DNA from: Podarcis filfolensis | Taxonomy: Eukaryota | DNA: 64,000 nt | Assembly: GCA_964270895.1 (NCBI GenBank) | Contig: OZ185452.1 | Reading direction: 5' to 3' (one strand) | Shown here: positions 1-12,319 of the stretch, piece after piece | How positions within the stretch are numbered: the stretch's first letter is position 1 | Layout of the letters: each line of letters begins with the position of its first letter | Translations under genes and position numbers: made by a program | Notes under the pieces: generated by a model | What the model was told of the DNA's origin: nothing | What the model saw: the letters and a program-made list of their open reading frames with translations, nothing else | Database searches by the model: none

Positions 1-45
1 TGATTGGTCCTCAAGATGCCACAAGACTCTTTGCATTTTGTTTGT
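1..45. mobile_element. Possible Penelope-like terminal fragment, cut by the window edge
   Basis: ttggtcctcaagatgccacaagactctttgc resembles the reptilian ggtgccacaagactc motif. Confidence 0.4.
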
Positions 46-157
46 TCGTAGTTGTTTTTACTTAAATGTAGAACGAATGTAGATTTGGCCCAGCTGGATT
101 TCATGCTATGAATTTCACCCCAGCTTTCCAAGTTGTCCAGGTGATTTTTGAATTGTA

Positions 158-401
158 CAGTGGTACCTCTGGTTGTGAACGGGATCCATTCCGGAGCCCC
201 ATTCGCAACATGAACAGAACGCAACCTGCGTCTGCGTGCACACGGGTTGCAATTCACCACTTCTGCGTGACATCATTTTGAGCGTCTGCGCATGCGAGAG
301 CGGTGAAGCCCAGAAGTAACCCGTTCCATTACTTCCGGGTCGCCACGGGATTTATCCTGAAAGAACATAACCTGAACCGAACGTAACAAGAGGTATGACT
401 G
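158..401 (+). mobile_element. Tc1/mariner-type MITE, 244 bp
   Basis: TA|CAGTGGTACCTC...GAGGTATGACTG|TA: 12-bp imperfect TIRs (2 mismatches) and TA target duplication; homologous to 8261-8498. Confidence 0.85.
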
Positions 402-1680
402 TATTCCTCTTTCCCAAGATGTTATCCCCTCCTTGTCCTCCCAAGTTTGGTAGGCAGAAATACAGAGAGAGGGGCTGGTACAGAGTCAGAAAGTGAGTTT
501 CATGGCTGGGTAGAGATTTGAACCTGCGCCTCCCCCATCTTAAGTCCTCTGCTCTGCTGAGCTGCAGCTGTCAAGCGGGACTTCCCTGGGGGCCAGCTTT
601 GGATCCAACCCTTTCTCTGCTGGGCAGCACTAAGAACTGAGAGCTGCAGGGAGAGGGAGAGAGGCACTAGGACTCCTGGGTCCTCCAAGATGTGGCCAGC
701 ACAAGCGTTTTGGCCCCTTCCACTCAGAGAAGCAGGGCATGTAGCATCAAGGTGGCCTACAGGTTGGTGCCCTCGCAAGGGCACCCACATCTTCCCAGCT
801 GCCCTGTGGCATGTGCCGAGCGAGGGTGCTGCCACTAATCCTGTCTGGCAGGAGAGCAGGCAGGCTGGCGCAGAGAGTGCCCAACGTGTCAAGCAGGCCC
901 CTGGGGCGGCCTCCGCTACACTCCGGCGCCTTCGCCTCACATCCTCATCTTCGTCATGGCCTCGCCAGGCTAACGTGGGCTGACAGCGTAACCTACTGGT
1001 GCAGACATGCTGGTGTCTGTTCCTCACACTGCCAGGCTCCTCGGGTCCAAGGTCCTCCCAGGGGGTGCCCAGTGGGTAGCCAGGCAGCCGGGAAAGGGGT
1101 GGCAGCAAGAGCCCTGCAGCTGGATCTGGCCAAAGGGGTCTGGCCCATTGAGTCTCGTCAGCTAACCAGATGCCTATAGGCTCTCCCCACCTGTAATCTG
1201 CAGCAACTGGTCTTCAGAGGTTCACCGCCTCTCATGCTGGCGGGAGAGCACAGCCACTTTGGATAGCAGCCATTGATAGCTTTATCCCCCATGGGTTAGA
1301 GCGAGAAAGTGGGTACTCTGAGGCAGGACTCAGAGGGAAGTGGCACTTACTGGTGTTCTAGAGGAAGGGAGCCAGGACTCCTGGGGTTTTACCCCAGGCT
1401 TGATCAGATGATTTGGAATCTATAGAGTGTTCCAAAGCCCAGGGGCACTGGGAAGCTGGGTTCCCTGTTAATTACCCAGTTGTCATTCCCTGTGGCTGTT
1501 CCCCCACAAGGAGGTCTGGATGTGTGTATTTGGGATGATGATGTCCATGTATTATCTGTCCAAAGAGAAGCAAGCTAAGAGTATTCTAAGATGGACCTGG
1601 ATTGGAACGATCATGTCTTCTCTCTTCTCCTTCTCCTTCTCCCTCTCCTTTTCCTGTTCTCTCCCCCCTTCGTGCACTCC

Positions 1681-1760
<80 letters not shown>
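1681..1760. repeat. Compound microsatellite (CT)12(CA)10(GA)18
   Basis: Counted directly from the sequence. Confidence 0.95.
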
Positions 1761-1762
<2 letters not shown>

Positions 1763-1864
1763 CCTGCCTATCCTCCCAGGTGTAGCCATAAAACTGCCAT
1801 CACATTTACAAAGCTAAGCAGGGTCCGGTATGGTTTCAAATTAGGAGTGGGACCGCACATTGAC

Positions 1865-1931
1865 ATTACTGCATTGCAGGGGGTTGGGCTAAATGACCCT
1901 CAGGGTCCCTTCCATCTCTACAATTCTATGA
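1865..1931 (+). mobile_element. CR1/SINE 3' tail fragment
   Basis: ctgcattgcagggggttgggctaaatgaccctcagggtcccttcc...attctatga. Confidence 0.75.
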
Positions 1932-2079
1932 CCCTAGGATAGCCTGTTATACCCCCTGCGACCAGGATTTCATTCTATCTCTCTCTCTCTCTCTCTCCCT
2001 TCCTTCCTTGGGGCTTCCCTCCCACTCCTCCTCCCAACTCACATTGCATTAGTCTCTGCTCCTCCCCTGTCCCCCAGCT

Positions 2080-2081
<2 letters not shown>

Positions 2082-2125
<44 letters not shown>
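2082..2125. repeat. (CA)n microsatellite
   Basis: Seen directly. Confidence 0.95.
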
Positions 2126-4465
2126 CTCTGCCAGGCAGGGAGCAGTCCATCTGAGGAATGGTGCAGATGCAAGCAAGGGGATGCCTTTGGGCGGGGGGGG
2201 GGGCATCTTCAGCCACGTTTCTCTTGCACGGCCTTCCCTATGAGGGGTCTTTTGCGGGGACCACCAAGCCTTGTTCTGTTTCCAGCGCCTGGTGTTCCAA
2301 GGTCTACCTTCTCTCCCTCTATGGGGGCTTCATTTGGTTACTCTGCTGGAGAGGAGTCTTCTTCCTGAATTCCTCTGGCCCTCTTTTTCTAACCACCCCT
2401 TGTGCTCTCACACAGCCCCAGTTCATTTCAGTGCGTTCTTGGGCAGGGGCTTTGCAGGGCTGGATTGCACCCTATAGGTGGGAATCTGTCCCTGCATGCC
2501 AGGTCTGCCTCTGGGATGGGCAGAATATTGAGCTGCAGACATCGCCCTTCGGCTTCCCTTCCCACCGCTAAGTAACCCCACTTCTTAGGGTCCTTGGAGG
2601 GAAGGTTGGGGACTTTCAGACAGAGGTGCCACTTCAGCCCGGGTGCCAAGTCACCGCCTGCATATTTGGGATTCTCGCAGGGAGGCAGGGAGAGGCAAGG
2701 ATGTCCCTCCTTCTCTTCCTCCCCCCTTCCTCTCTCTGAGCTGCTTGCAGCTGCCACAGCAGACAAAGCCCCTCTCTGCAGGAGCCCTCAGAGCTTGGGC
2801 GATGCGCTTGAGCCGTGACACTTGCACAATGGCGGCTGCCAAGGCACCCCTCTGCGGCTTTGGAGGGGAGACAGCCAGTGCGGCTGATTGGCAGGGGGCG
2901 CTGAGCCCATGGGTGTGTGCGTGTTTGTGTGTGTGTCTGCATGTGAATGTCCATCTGTGTCATCAGCCACCAGAGCAGCATTTCTGCCTCTCCAGCGCAT
3001 GGTAACGCGTACAGCGTGCCGGAGTTGGCATGCACCTGTTTTGTTCTGCACACAAAGAGAAGAGCATTGTGGCGCTATCTGTATATGGTGCACAGAGTTA
3101 ATTATTTTAACACAGTTTGGGAGGGGGAGAGGGAATTACAAGCATCAGGGGACACAGGAAGCTGCCTTTTGCTGAGCCAGACCACTGTACCGTCAAGCTT
3201 AGTATTGTCTACTCTGGCTGGCAGCAGCTCTCTGGGGTTTTGGGCAGGGAGTCTTTTCCCCAACCCTACCTGGAGGGATTGGGTCTGGGGCCTTCTTCAT
3301 GCAAGACAGGCACTCTTTCCACTGAGCTGAATGGCCCTCCCCTAATCTGCCCCCCTTTGCAACTTCTCTGCTTTTCTCGCTTTTTCATTGCTGGTGAAGG
3401 GTCTAATCCTGCCTGTATTTTAACGAATAAGGAGGACATGAGGTGTGATGTGTTAATGGGATGTGGTGCGTTAATGCTGCTGCTGTGTCTGTGTGTGTGC
3501 CGGCCTCTTCCCTCCAGCTGTGGGAGTGTGAACACACTTGTACATCTGTGCAGAAACTGAACATTGTCCTGTTGAAAATGTTAGGACTCCTGCACTGCAG
3601 ACCCTGAGGGTCAGGAGCTTCATTGAGCATCCCCTATGAGGCCCACCTTCTGCCCTCTGTGCTGCCTGCCCTGCCCCTCAGACAGTGGATGGGACCCTTC
3701 TCTTTTTAACTGCCAGCCTCTTTGACCCCCACCCACCCATCAAAGCCAAAAGCACAGCTCCTGCCAGTTTGCCATGCCTGACAGGTGCGAGGAGAGCTTC
3801 ATTTGCTCCTGGCAGCGATTGGCAGCCCCCACCCCGCTTGCCCGCCCCCTTGCACAGCAAGAAGCCCAGCAGGGGGTAGGTTCCCAGCTGGGCGGGGGGT
3901 CAGGAACCAGCCCTTTGGTGCCTGTGATCATTGTGATTATATCTGTCATCTCATTACTCTGAAGCGCCAAGGGAGGTTCTGCTGCAAATTGCTTCAGCTT
4001 ATCAGCCCATCCACAGGCTCCTGAACTCCTGGCTTAACTGGAGCCACTACCCTGCCCTGGGCACAGTCAACAGCACAGCAGGCCCTTTGGCAGTGTGGGT
4101 GGGGAAGGTGTCATTTGCGCCCACACTTAGCCCCAGCACCTGTTTTGGATCCTAAAGTTCAGCGGTGACAGTAGAGCCTCTGACCACATGCAGAGCATAA
4201 AGTTCTGGGCAATGATTACAGCTTAAGTGAGCGTCAAGCGCCTTGGTCTATAGTGCAGTGGGGAGGGGGGGGGACTTGGAGAGAGGCTGTGTTCATAGGC
4301 CATCTCTTGAGCATGTGCATGGAAGCATGGATGCTGCCAGGCTCTCCTAGGAGCCCTTTTAACCCATAAAGCTCTTCATGAGCTGTGCCCCATCCAGACT
4401 GAGTCAGGGTATCTAGGGACAGAAGAGACGGAGAAAATAGGGAGCGACTGTAGAGGTTTTAGTGC

Positions 4466-4514
<49 letters not shown>

Positions 4515-4518
4515 ACAT
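4466..4518. repeat. (CA)n microsatellite
   Basis: Seen directly. Confidence 0.95.
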
Positions 4519-4536
4519 ATTCTGGATCTCCTATTG

Positions 4537-4791
4537 CAGGCATGTCCAACTCCCAAGAGACTGTGATCAACTCCCAGTATTAAAAAAACCGACAGTGATC
4601 TACCCATTGTCATTGGAGGGAGGAGGAGCGAGTGTGGATTGCCCAGAGTTGTTAAGCTTTTTTGAGGGAGGATTGCACAGTTTTAAAGCTTTCTCCCCCG
4701 CAACTTTTTGTACATGATAAGGATCCCGCGATCTACAAGGATCAGCTAGGGATCTACCAGCAGATCGTGATCTACTGGTTGGACATCCTTG
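4537..4791. mobile_element. hAT-type MITE, 255 bp
   Basis: TIRs CAGGCATGTCCAAC / GTTGGACATCCTTG (2 mismatches), flanked by a perfect 8-bp target duplication TCCTATTG (4529-4536 and 4792-4799). Confidence 0.88.
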
Positions 4792-5000
4792 TCCTATTGC
4801 ATGGATCCTTCCTGCCTCTGGCAGTCTGCACATGCTCAGAGTACTCCTCTCTCTCTTGTTGCTTCTCATATTACAGTAAACACGTGCCCTGCCTCCATCA
4901 AGCCAGGTGTAAACTGAGATCCTGGATAGGAGGGATGTGTGCACCCTTTCACTAATCAGAGCAGCTGCAGATGGAGCCTTTGTGAGCTCCTGTTAGCTAT

Positions 5001-5060
5001 GATTCCTGCATTGCAGGAGGTTGGACTAAATGACCCTTTGGTCCCCTTCCAATTCTATAA
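5001..5060 (+). mobile_element. CR1/SINE 3' tail fragment
   Basis: gattcctgcattgcaggaggttggactaaatgaccc...ttccaattctat. Confidence 0.75.
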
Positions 5061-6639
5061 CTTGCCCCTGGCAACTGTCCATTAAAGCCTCCACCCCTTG
5101 CATTGGCTTTCTTGAGCTGCCCCCACCTCCCAACTACCCTTCTTTCACTCCTTCCTCTACGTCAATTCCTAGCGAGGGAGCCCAGCCGTGTCCAGGACAG
5201 TGAAGCCTAGCATTGCACGCCAGGGTGATGGATGGGGGTCACCAAGAGGAAGGAGAACAGTCCATCGCGCGAGCGCAGCAGCGACAACATCCACAGACCC
5301 TTGTCATGCGCAAAGGCAGACTGTTTATCATGCCCGCTGATTGGCAGCCAGTGGTTGGGCTTCTGGGCTCATCATGGTGTCTCCTGCCCCCCCCCCCGAG
5401 GCAGTTGGGATCAGATTGCAATGCAGAGCTTGCCCCAAGTGAGGTTTAGCAATGCCTCTCTCCCGACCACCACAAGGGTTTGTGGGCTGAAGACGAGGCA
5501 ATGTGGGAACACAACACCTTCACCCCGAAGGCAACTCCTTTCTCTTCTTGGTCACAAAGAAGGGAATCCTGTCGAGAACCCTCACCTCCTCTCCGCCAGC
5601 CCTGGACACAGGGATGGATTGAAGCAGTGCCAGTATTGGGGTCAGGGGTCAGTTCTGCAGCTCTCTCTGCCAAGTCCCTGCACAGTGCCTCCTCTTTTTG
5701 TGCTGTGGGAATGTGATTGGCCCAGCTATATGGTCCACATCTCTGTCACATAGAACTGAAGTGGCCAATGCAGCCACTGCCCCTCAGCCTCCCAGCTATA
5801 TGTAATATAAGGAGAGGAGAGAAATTGGGTGTTCTGTTTGCCTAGGGCAGGGGTGGCCATAACTGTTTTTGGCCACTGCCAACCCTCTGGGGTGACATAC
5901 CAGCTACCTCGGGCTTCACACTCACGTGCTTATGCCAGGCACAAAACGGGCACCCATCTGATCCATGCAGGTCAGCTGAGAAAGGGTGCCTTCCCACCCC
6001 TGCTCCTCTAATGATCAGTCTGAAGACCAGCAAAGGGGTGGTTTGCATCCCTATCAGGGCCACTGAGATGGGTGGAGATCTTCAAACCCCTCTTCCTCCC
6101 CAAAGAGCCCAGTGCAGCAAGCATACTTGTGATGAAACAATACCATGAAAAATAAAAACATATTTAAAACATCTAGGTTAAAATGCAACCATGCCATGTG
6201 CTTATACTTTGATTTACTTTTATATTTTTGCTGCCATAGCCAAAATCAACGGGGTCTTTGGGGGGGACGGACAGAAAATTAGAGTAGCATCCATGGTAAG
6301 GAAAAGACAAGGATTCCACCCTTTCTTTAATTCACCTTCATATTGGAGCTGTTAGTCCAGACTAGGTGGGTAAGAAGGCCTCATTTTCCACCCTGTGCTT
6401 GTCACATGCAGTGCTGTTTCTATTCTGCTGCAGTTTGCCTTCCACCCAAAACTACAATATTTGTCTCGTCTGCTGTGGGAAAATTAAGTAACTTACAGAA
6501 CTAGTTGTGTAGCTCACATTGTCATTAAGTTATTCCACCCCATTCATTGCAATGCAAATGAAACAGCATGCAAATTTGCAGAGTGGGGCTACATTGCGGA
6601 ACTCCTTCCCCACAGAGGTGGGCCTTGCATTTTTACTAC

Positions 6640-6810
6640 CCAGCTTTCTACAGATGCTGAAGACACTTCTCTTTACTCTACTGGCCTTTAACACCCGAGG
6701 TGTGTATTTTAGGACATACCTGATTTCTGTGATTGTAAATTGTTTTAAACTGTTTTTTAATGTCGTAACCCTCCTTAGCACCTTAGGGTGAAGGGTGGGT
6801 AAATTAATCG
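6640..6810 (+). mobile_element. L2-like LINE 3' end
   Basis: ctgaagacacttctcttt...ttttaatgtcgtaaccctccttagcacc...gaagggtgggtaaatta. Confidence 0.5.
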
Positions 6811-7899
6811 TCGTCATCATCATTTACATATAATTTGTGGACTGAAGCAACAATGATCATATTCGCAGGATCCATTTCCGTTCTGCACATGGGATGGTTA
6901 AGCAAACATTGCTATTTCCATCTTGTTTCTCTTTTTGGTAGAATTCCTCAACCTCCCTCATCCTGACAATGAAAACTGGTTCCAGGTCAACTGAGCCCTG
7001 ATATAAAATAAATGGTGGATTAAGAAGTTAGGCAAGACTCCAGGGACTTCATATCGTATCCTCTAAAATATTACTTACAAGAAGCACTTTAATCTGAGCA
7101 GCTAGCCCAGGAAGCTGCCTGTTCAGACTTACCTTGCAGAAAACCTGTAGAACTCTGTGGGACTTCCTTGCAAGTAAGCATGTATGAATTTGTCCTGGGT
7201 GCAAATTAAAACCTTTTAATCCTGCTTGTAGGACTAAAGTGCAGGGGGGGTTGTGGGTCCTCTGCTCTGGGCAAATCCTGCATGTCTTCCTCAGCATTGT
7301 TTTTTCCGTGTGTGTGTGTGTGTGTGTGTGGTGGCACGCACTAATCCCGATTCTCACCACAAACTTGGTCATAGAAGGCTTGAAAGTTCATAAAAGAACA
7401 AATTGACACTTCCACAGGAGGCGGGTGGGGGGAAGATGAGGTGGAATTGCTCCACTTAGTAAATTAATTTTGACTCAGATAATTCTTTGCCTTTGCAAAC
7501 CTCCAACTATTCATTCCTGCAGCTGCCACGTAATGAAGTAATTGTGGCATTAGGAATTAATAACTGGCAACTGAGTGACATTCTCTCTTTTGTTGCGGGA
7601 AGAGGAGTGTTGGTTAAGGGGGGGGCATGTATTTCTATTAGAATATTTTCCCCTCTTTGTTCTAAGAATGAATGCGCTTAACACTTCACTCGTACCTTTT
7701 TTTACAAAAAAACCCTCAGCTTTTGCAAACGGTGGTTTTATTTTGCTGCAAAACATGTCTTGCTCAGGGCCTGCATTTGGGATCCTTCTTATGTCCAACA
7801 AACAATGGGAGCAGCTTTTGATTAATTAGTGGTGCTTACCAGCTCACTATCAGTCATAACTGCAAATGTGGGTTTTTAGTTTTATTTAGAGAGATTCTG

Positions 7900-8640
7900 G
7901 ATTGTGACGTCTCATGAGCAACTTCCAGGGGTTCCAACAGTTATGGAGGTTCCAAAGAATTGTACTGCAGTGTCCACCGCAGCCTTGCAAGGAGTCACAG
8001 ATCACTGGCTCCAGAGGCAGATTTGGGGGGCAGCCTTTGATCCTTAACTTGTTCATAAACAATCTAGAGTTAGGGGTGAGCAGTGAGATGGCCAAGCTTG
8101 CTGATGATACAAAAATGTTCTGGGTCATCACAACAAAAATTGATTATGAAGACCTCCGAAAGGACCTCTCCAAACCAAACGAGTGGGCGGTAAAATGGCA
8201 AAAGTAATTCAGTGTGGACAAGTGTAAAGTTGGGGCAGGGGGGAAAATATTTCACATATGCAGTCATATCTTGGGTTGAAGTAGCTTCGGGATGAATATT
8301 TTCGGGTTGCACTCTGCGGCGACACGGAAGTAACGGAGCGCGTTACTTACGGGTTTTGCCGCATGCAGAGACGCTCAAAATGCCATCATGCGCATGCACG
8401 GACGCGGCGAATTGCGATGCACGGACACGGGTTGCGTTCGCTTCAGGATGAGAACATGGCTCCGGAACAGATCCCGTTTGCATCCAGAGGTACCACTGTA
8501 TGTTCATGGGGTCTGTACTGACAATGGCTGACCAGGATGAGACCTTGGAAGTCGTCCCCTGCTTGTGAGCTTCCCTTTTAAGGCATCTGTTCAGCCCCTG
8601 TGATATCAGAATGCTGGGCTGGTGGGTGTTTCAGAGGCTC
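7900..8640 (+). mobile_element. Degraded CR1 LINE fragment (reverse transcriptase region and 3' end), interrupted by the mariner MITE
   Basis: ORF 7914-8207 reads LILNLFINNLELGVSSEMAKLADDTKMF...KDLSK..EWA..WQ, matching CR1 RT around the FADD motif; CR1-like sequence resumes after 8500. Confidence 0.85.
8261..8498 (-). mobile_element. Tc1/mariner-type MITE, second copy in opposite orientation, inserted in a CR1 fragment
   Basis: CAGTCATATCTT...GAGGTACCACTG|TA; the reverse complement aligns with 158-401 along its length (for example cagtggtacctctgg..aacgggatc..ttccggagcc, attttgagcgtct, ttacttccg.gtcgcc). Confidence 0.85.
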
Positions 8641-9949
8641 CTGTGTGTCTGAAAATGGAGCCCTCCTCATACTCCGTGCCTCAGTTTCCTCTGTGAATTT
8701 TGCTCTTCTTCCTCTCCCTGAAGCAGTGGTTCCAGATTGAGGGCTGGAAGGGAGGGTGGTTGCAAGCAGAGCTCCAGCGGAAGGGGGCTAAAATGGCATT
8801 TGCCCTGGTATCCCCAGATCTCCCATCCCCCTCACAGAAGAGCTTCCTCTGCCTTGCAGAAGGTGGCAGGGGTAGCCCATCCATGCCCAATCCGTGCACT
8901 CACTGTGGCGCCTAAGCGGCTTAGCCCCCTCTCCCTGCCTTACTTGGCCCCTGGAGCGAAGGACGGTGGCAGAGAACAGTGCTTGCAGAGCTCCTCCCCC
9001 AGCTGTCAGTGGCGGGAGCGTGGGCTGCCATGCAGGGCTGGCTGGCGGTCTCTCACCTGCTAATCCATCCGTGCCACCGACACCTCTGTTTGCCTGGCCA
9101 CGCTGCGGTGGGCAGCTGACTAAAGTGTGTCTGCTTGGCAGAGCTTAATCCCCGAAAAGAGAGCCACCCAACAGGTGCCTTGGAAGCTTGCCCAGGAAGC
9201 GGGTCCTTCTGAGGGAGCCCTTCTTCGCCATCTCGTGGAGAAAGGCACTCTGGAGGCACTCAGAGGCGCTCTTCTTGTGAAGCTAAGCCGGGAGTTTCCA
9301 GAGGATTCATGCTGGGGTCAGGCCTCTATAGCCTGCTGGCTATGAGTGGAGGGTGGGGGTGGGGGTTCCATGCAAAGCCACCCTGAGCTCCCGTTCCTCC
9401 AGATCCTAAAGGAGGGTGTGCGGGATGTCCAGCCTTCAGTTTGGACTCTGCCCAAATTGCTAGGTCAGTTGGGGATGGATGCACCTCCTTAATACTGGAG
9501 TTCTGCTTCTTTAGAATAAACTGGAAAGAGGAAGGAAAATTGAAATGTGCCTTTCAGCATGTCTGTTTTGGACTCTTCATCTCCCACCAGCCCGCACAGC
9601 TGATGGGATTTGTAGTTCAAAATACCTGTTGTGCAGGATTTCCAGATTGGCTGTGCTAGGCATTCAATGTGCCATTTGCATTCCGTGCCCAGGGGTGTGT
9701 TTTTTTAGATGCAAATAGCTTCAGGTGCAAGGGAAGGAGGGAGGACTGAGAATTACCAGGATCACAGCAGGTGGGAAGGGAGGGGGGCTACCCGTTTCTC
9801 CCCAAGGTGTGGTCCTGATGAAAGCTGCTTCTTGGAAGGTGCTGTTTGCACAAAGAGGAAATGGGTTGCAATCTCTCCTTCTGCAACAAGCCTATTAAAT
9901 TTTCTCCTGCCTTCCTGCCCTCCCTTTCCTCCTTCCACTTGGCAGGCCC

Positions 9950-10150
9950 TCAGGTGTTTGAAAAAGGCTGTTAGGTCTCCCCCCACCCCATCTCTGCAAT
10001 CCCCTCTACTCAGGGCACAGCTCCTTCAGCCTGTCCTCATCAGACAGGCTTTTCCATTTTGCCGCTCATCTTCCTTGCCCTCCTCTGAACCTCTTCTAAT
10101 TTGTCAGTATTCCTCCTGATGTACAGCACTTTAAACTTGACACAGCTTGT
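9950..10150 (-). mobile_element. CR1 LINE ORF2 C-terminal fragment
   Basis: Minus-strand translation DKLEEVQRRARKMSGKME resembles the CR1 KLERVQRRATKMI motif. Confidence 0.7.
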
Positions 10151-12245
10151 CGACAAGATCTGACAGACGTGCCCGGCCCAGGTGGCCTTGTAGGCCAAGA
10201 GGAAAGGCCTGGCGGTACTGATTAGTCTCAAGGGCAGGTGGTGCCAAACTGCTGGTCTGCATCCTTCTTAAAAGTGCGGCAGATGAAGCTGAATAAAGCA
10301 TCACTTGGCCTTTGCCAACCTGCTGCCCTCCAGGCGTTTTGAACTAGCACTCACATGAGCAACACCAGGAGGGCATGACTATTGCTTCTCACAGCTTAGA
10401 AACATGGGTGTATTAATTCAGTTTAGAATTGCATTGGCCTTGTTTGCAGCTGCATCACATGGCTGACTCATGCTTATCCTGCAATCAGCTACAGTCCCAT
10501 GGTTCGTTCCGCATGTAGTGCTGACACGTCAGATATCTGCCGGATGTGTGAGCTCCCCCTCCCAGTTCGGTGTCATCTGCAATGACGGGGTTGTCCCAGG
10601 CTCTGCTGGAGGAAGGGTAATCTTCATATATCTAATGTAGGGTGTTGTCATGCAGTTCCTTTTTTGCTGCCTGCTGGGACGCTAAGGAGGGGCAAAGGAA
10701 CTGAATTTTGTGCATGCTCAATAGTTGCTGCCCTCTTTATCATTGCATTGTATATCCCAGGGGCTATGCTAAGGCATTCCTAAGGAGGTTCTAGGGCTTG
10801 CCTTTCCCTCCCAGCCTTGGAGCAAAACAAAGCTGCTGTTTGCCTGTCTGGGGTGGGGTGGGGCTGGCACTGCAGGCTTCCTTCGCCCCCCCCCCCCTTT
10901 GCAAAGGGCTGTTGCATCAAGGCAAGAACTCAGCTGGATGTCACTCGCTGGCAGAGCTAACACCCACCTTGGCGCGCTGCCACAGGCGCCCCAACAAAGA
11001 CAGCCAGGAGAGGAGGATCTCGACAACGTTAGGCGGCGGCAGCAGCAGCCGTGAGCAGCATGCTGACGCTCTCTGTGGAGGCGGGGGACATGTCAGCCAG
11101 AGAGCACAACACACACACCCCAGCAGGGTCTCTGATTGAGCCACAATGCTAGCCCCAGATCCCAGGAGGAGGAGCTGTCACTGTGTCTCTGAGCATGCAC
11201 AGAACATTTGCCTTGCACAGAACATTTGCCCCTCACTACTTGCATAGGTCAGTATCTGCCAAATTTTTGCTTCAGGTGGGTAATATCACAATATAATACA
11301 ATGGAATATCAGTAGAACAGAGCATAAAAACCAAAGATGTGGCAGGGAAGACGCATCGGTGTTTTGAGCTACCTTCAGTAGCCTTGAACTCTAGATCAGG
11401 GATGGGACCATGGGGGTCCCCTCCCAATCAAGTAAATAAATAAATAGACTTAACTAGCTGACCAACTGTATTGCAGATAAGTTGGTTCTGCCCCCCAACA
11501 TAAGGCCTGCCCCCCCCAAATCCTGGCTACTCCCATGGATGGGGCATGTCTGCGGGGCCCTCCAGATGTGGCTGGATTCCCAACTCTTCTATCAGCACCA
11601 GCCAGCAGTTCCAGTGGTCAGGGTTGATGATGGGAATATTAGCCCAGAAACACCTGGTGGGCTGGACATATGCGCCCCATCCCTCCTCTAGGAGGTTGTT
11701 TTTAGTGCTCCAGCCCCAATGTTTTTAGTGCTTCAGACATGTGCAGTGCTTTGGAAGCATGTGCAGAGGGACCTCACTGTGGAGCTGCTGCTGCCACAAG
11801 TCGGCTGCCGCACATTTGGTGCTCCTAGCCTAAAGTGATCCCACTCAGGTTCCTCCCCGCCCCCCACTCACAGATGCTACCGCATCTCTGTCTAGGGTAG
11901 CAGATACAAGAAGATGACTTTGTCTGCGGCTCCAGTGCCTTTAATAGTTATGTGGAAGGTGGAATTTCAGTAGGATGCAGCTCACGTGACTAGGTGCACC
12001 AGCCCCACTTCTTCCCTCCCCCAGCCAAGGTCCTCTTTTCCACTGGCCGACCTGTCCCCCTGTTCCAGATGCAGGGAGAGGGGGGAGGGGAGGGGAAGGG
12101 GGATACATGGTCAAACCGTGAGTGGGGGGCGGCTTGAAGCTGGTGGCTGCCTTGGAAGGTTAGGACAGTGCTGAGGAGGGAGGAAGCAAGCATGGCAACA
12201 GCTCCCCTTCCGAAGTGCTCTTGGGTGTGTGGCTGCTTTGGTCTG

Positions 12246-12249
<4 letters not shown>

Positions 12250-12317
<68 letters not shown>
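12250..12317. repeat. Compound (GT)n(GA)n microsatellite
   Basis: Seen directly. Confidence 0.95.

Positions 12318-12319
<2 letters not shown>

Noticed and set aside
500-1108. 202-aa minus-strand ORF, and similar long ORFs (19043-19666, 44225-44848, 51683-52315)
   Set aside because: No recognisable domain or coding-like codon pattern; chance ORFs are expected in GC-rich introns.
11196-11230. Tandem duplication of TGCACAGAACATTTGCC
   Set aside because: Simple local duplication; the AGAACA half-sites lack the palindromic partner of a hormone response element.
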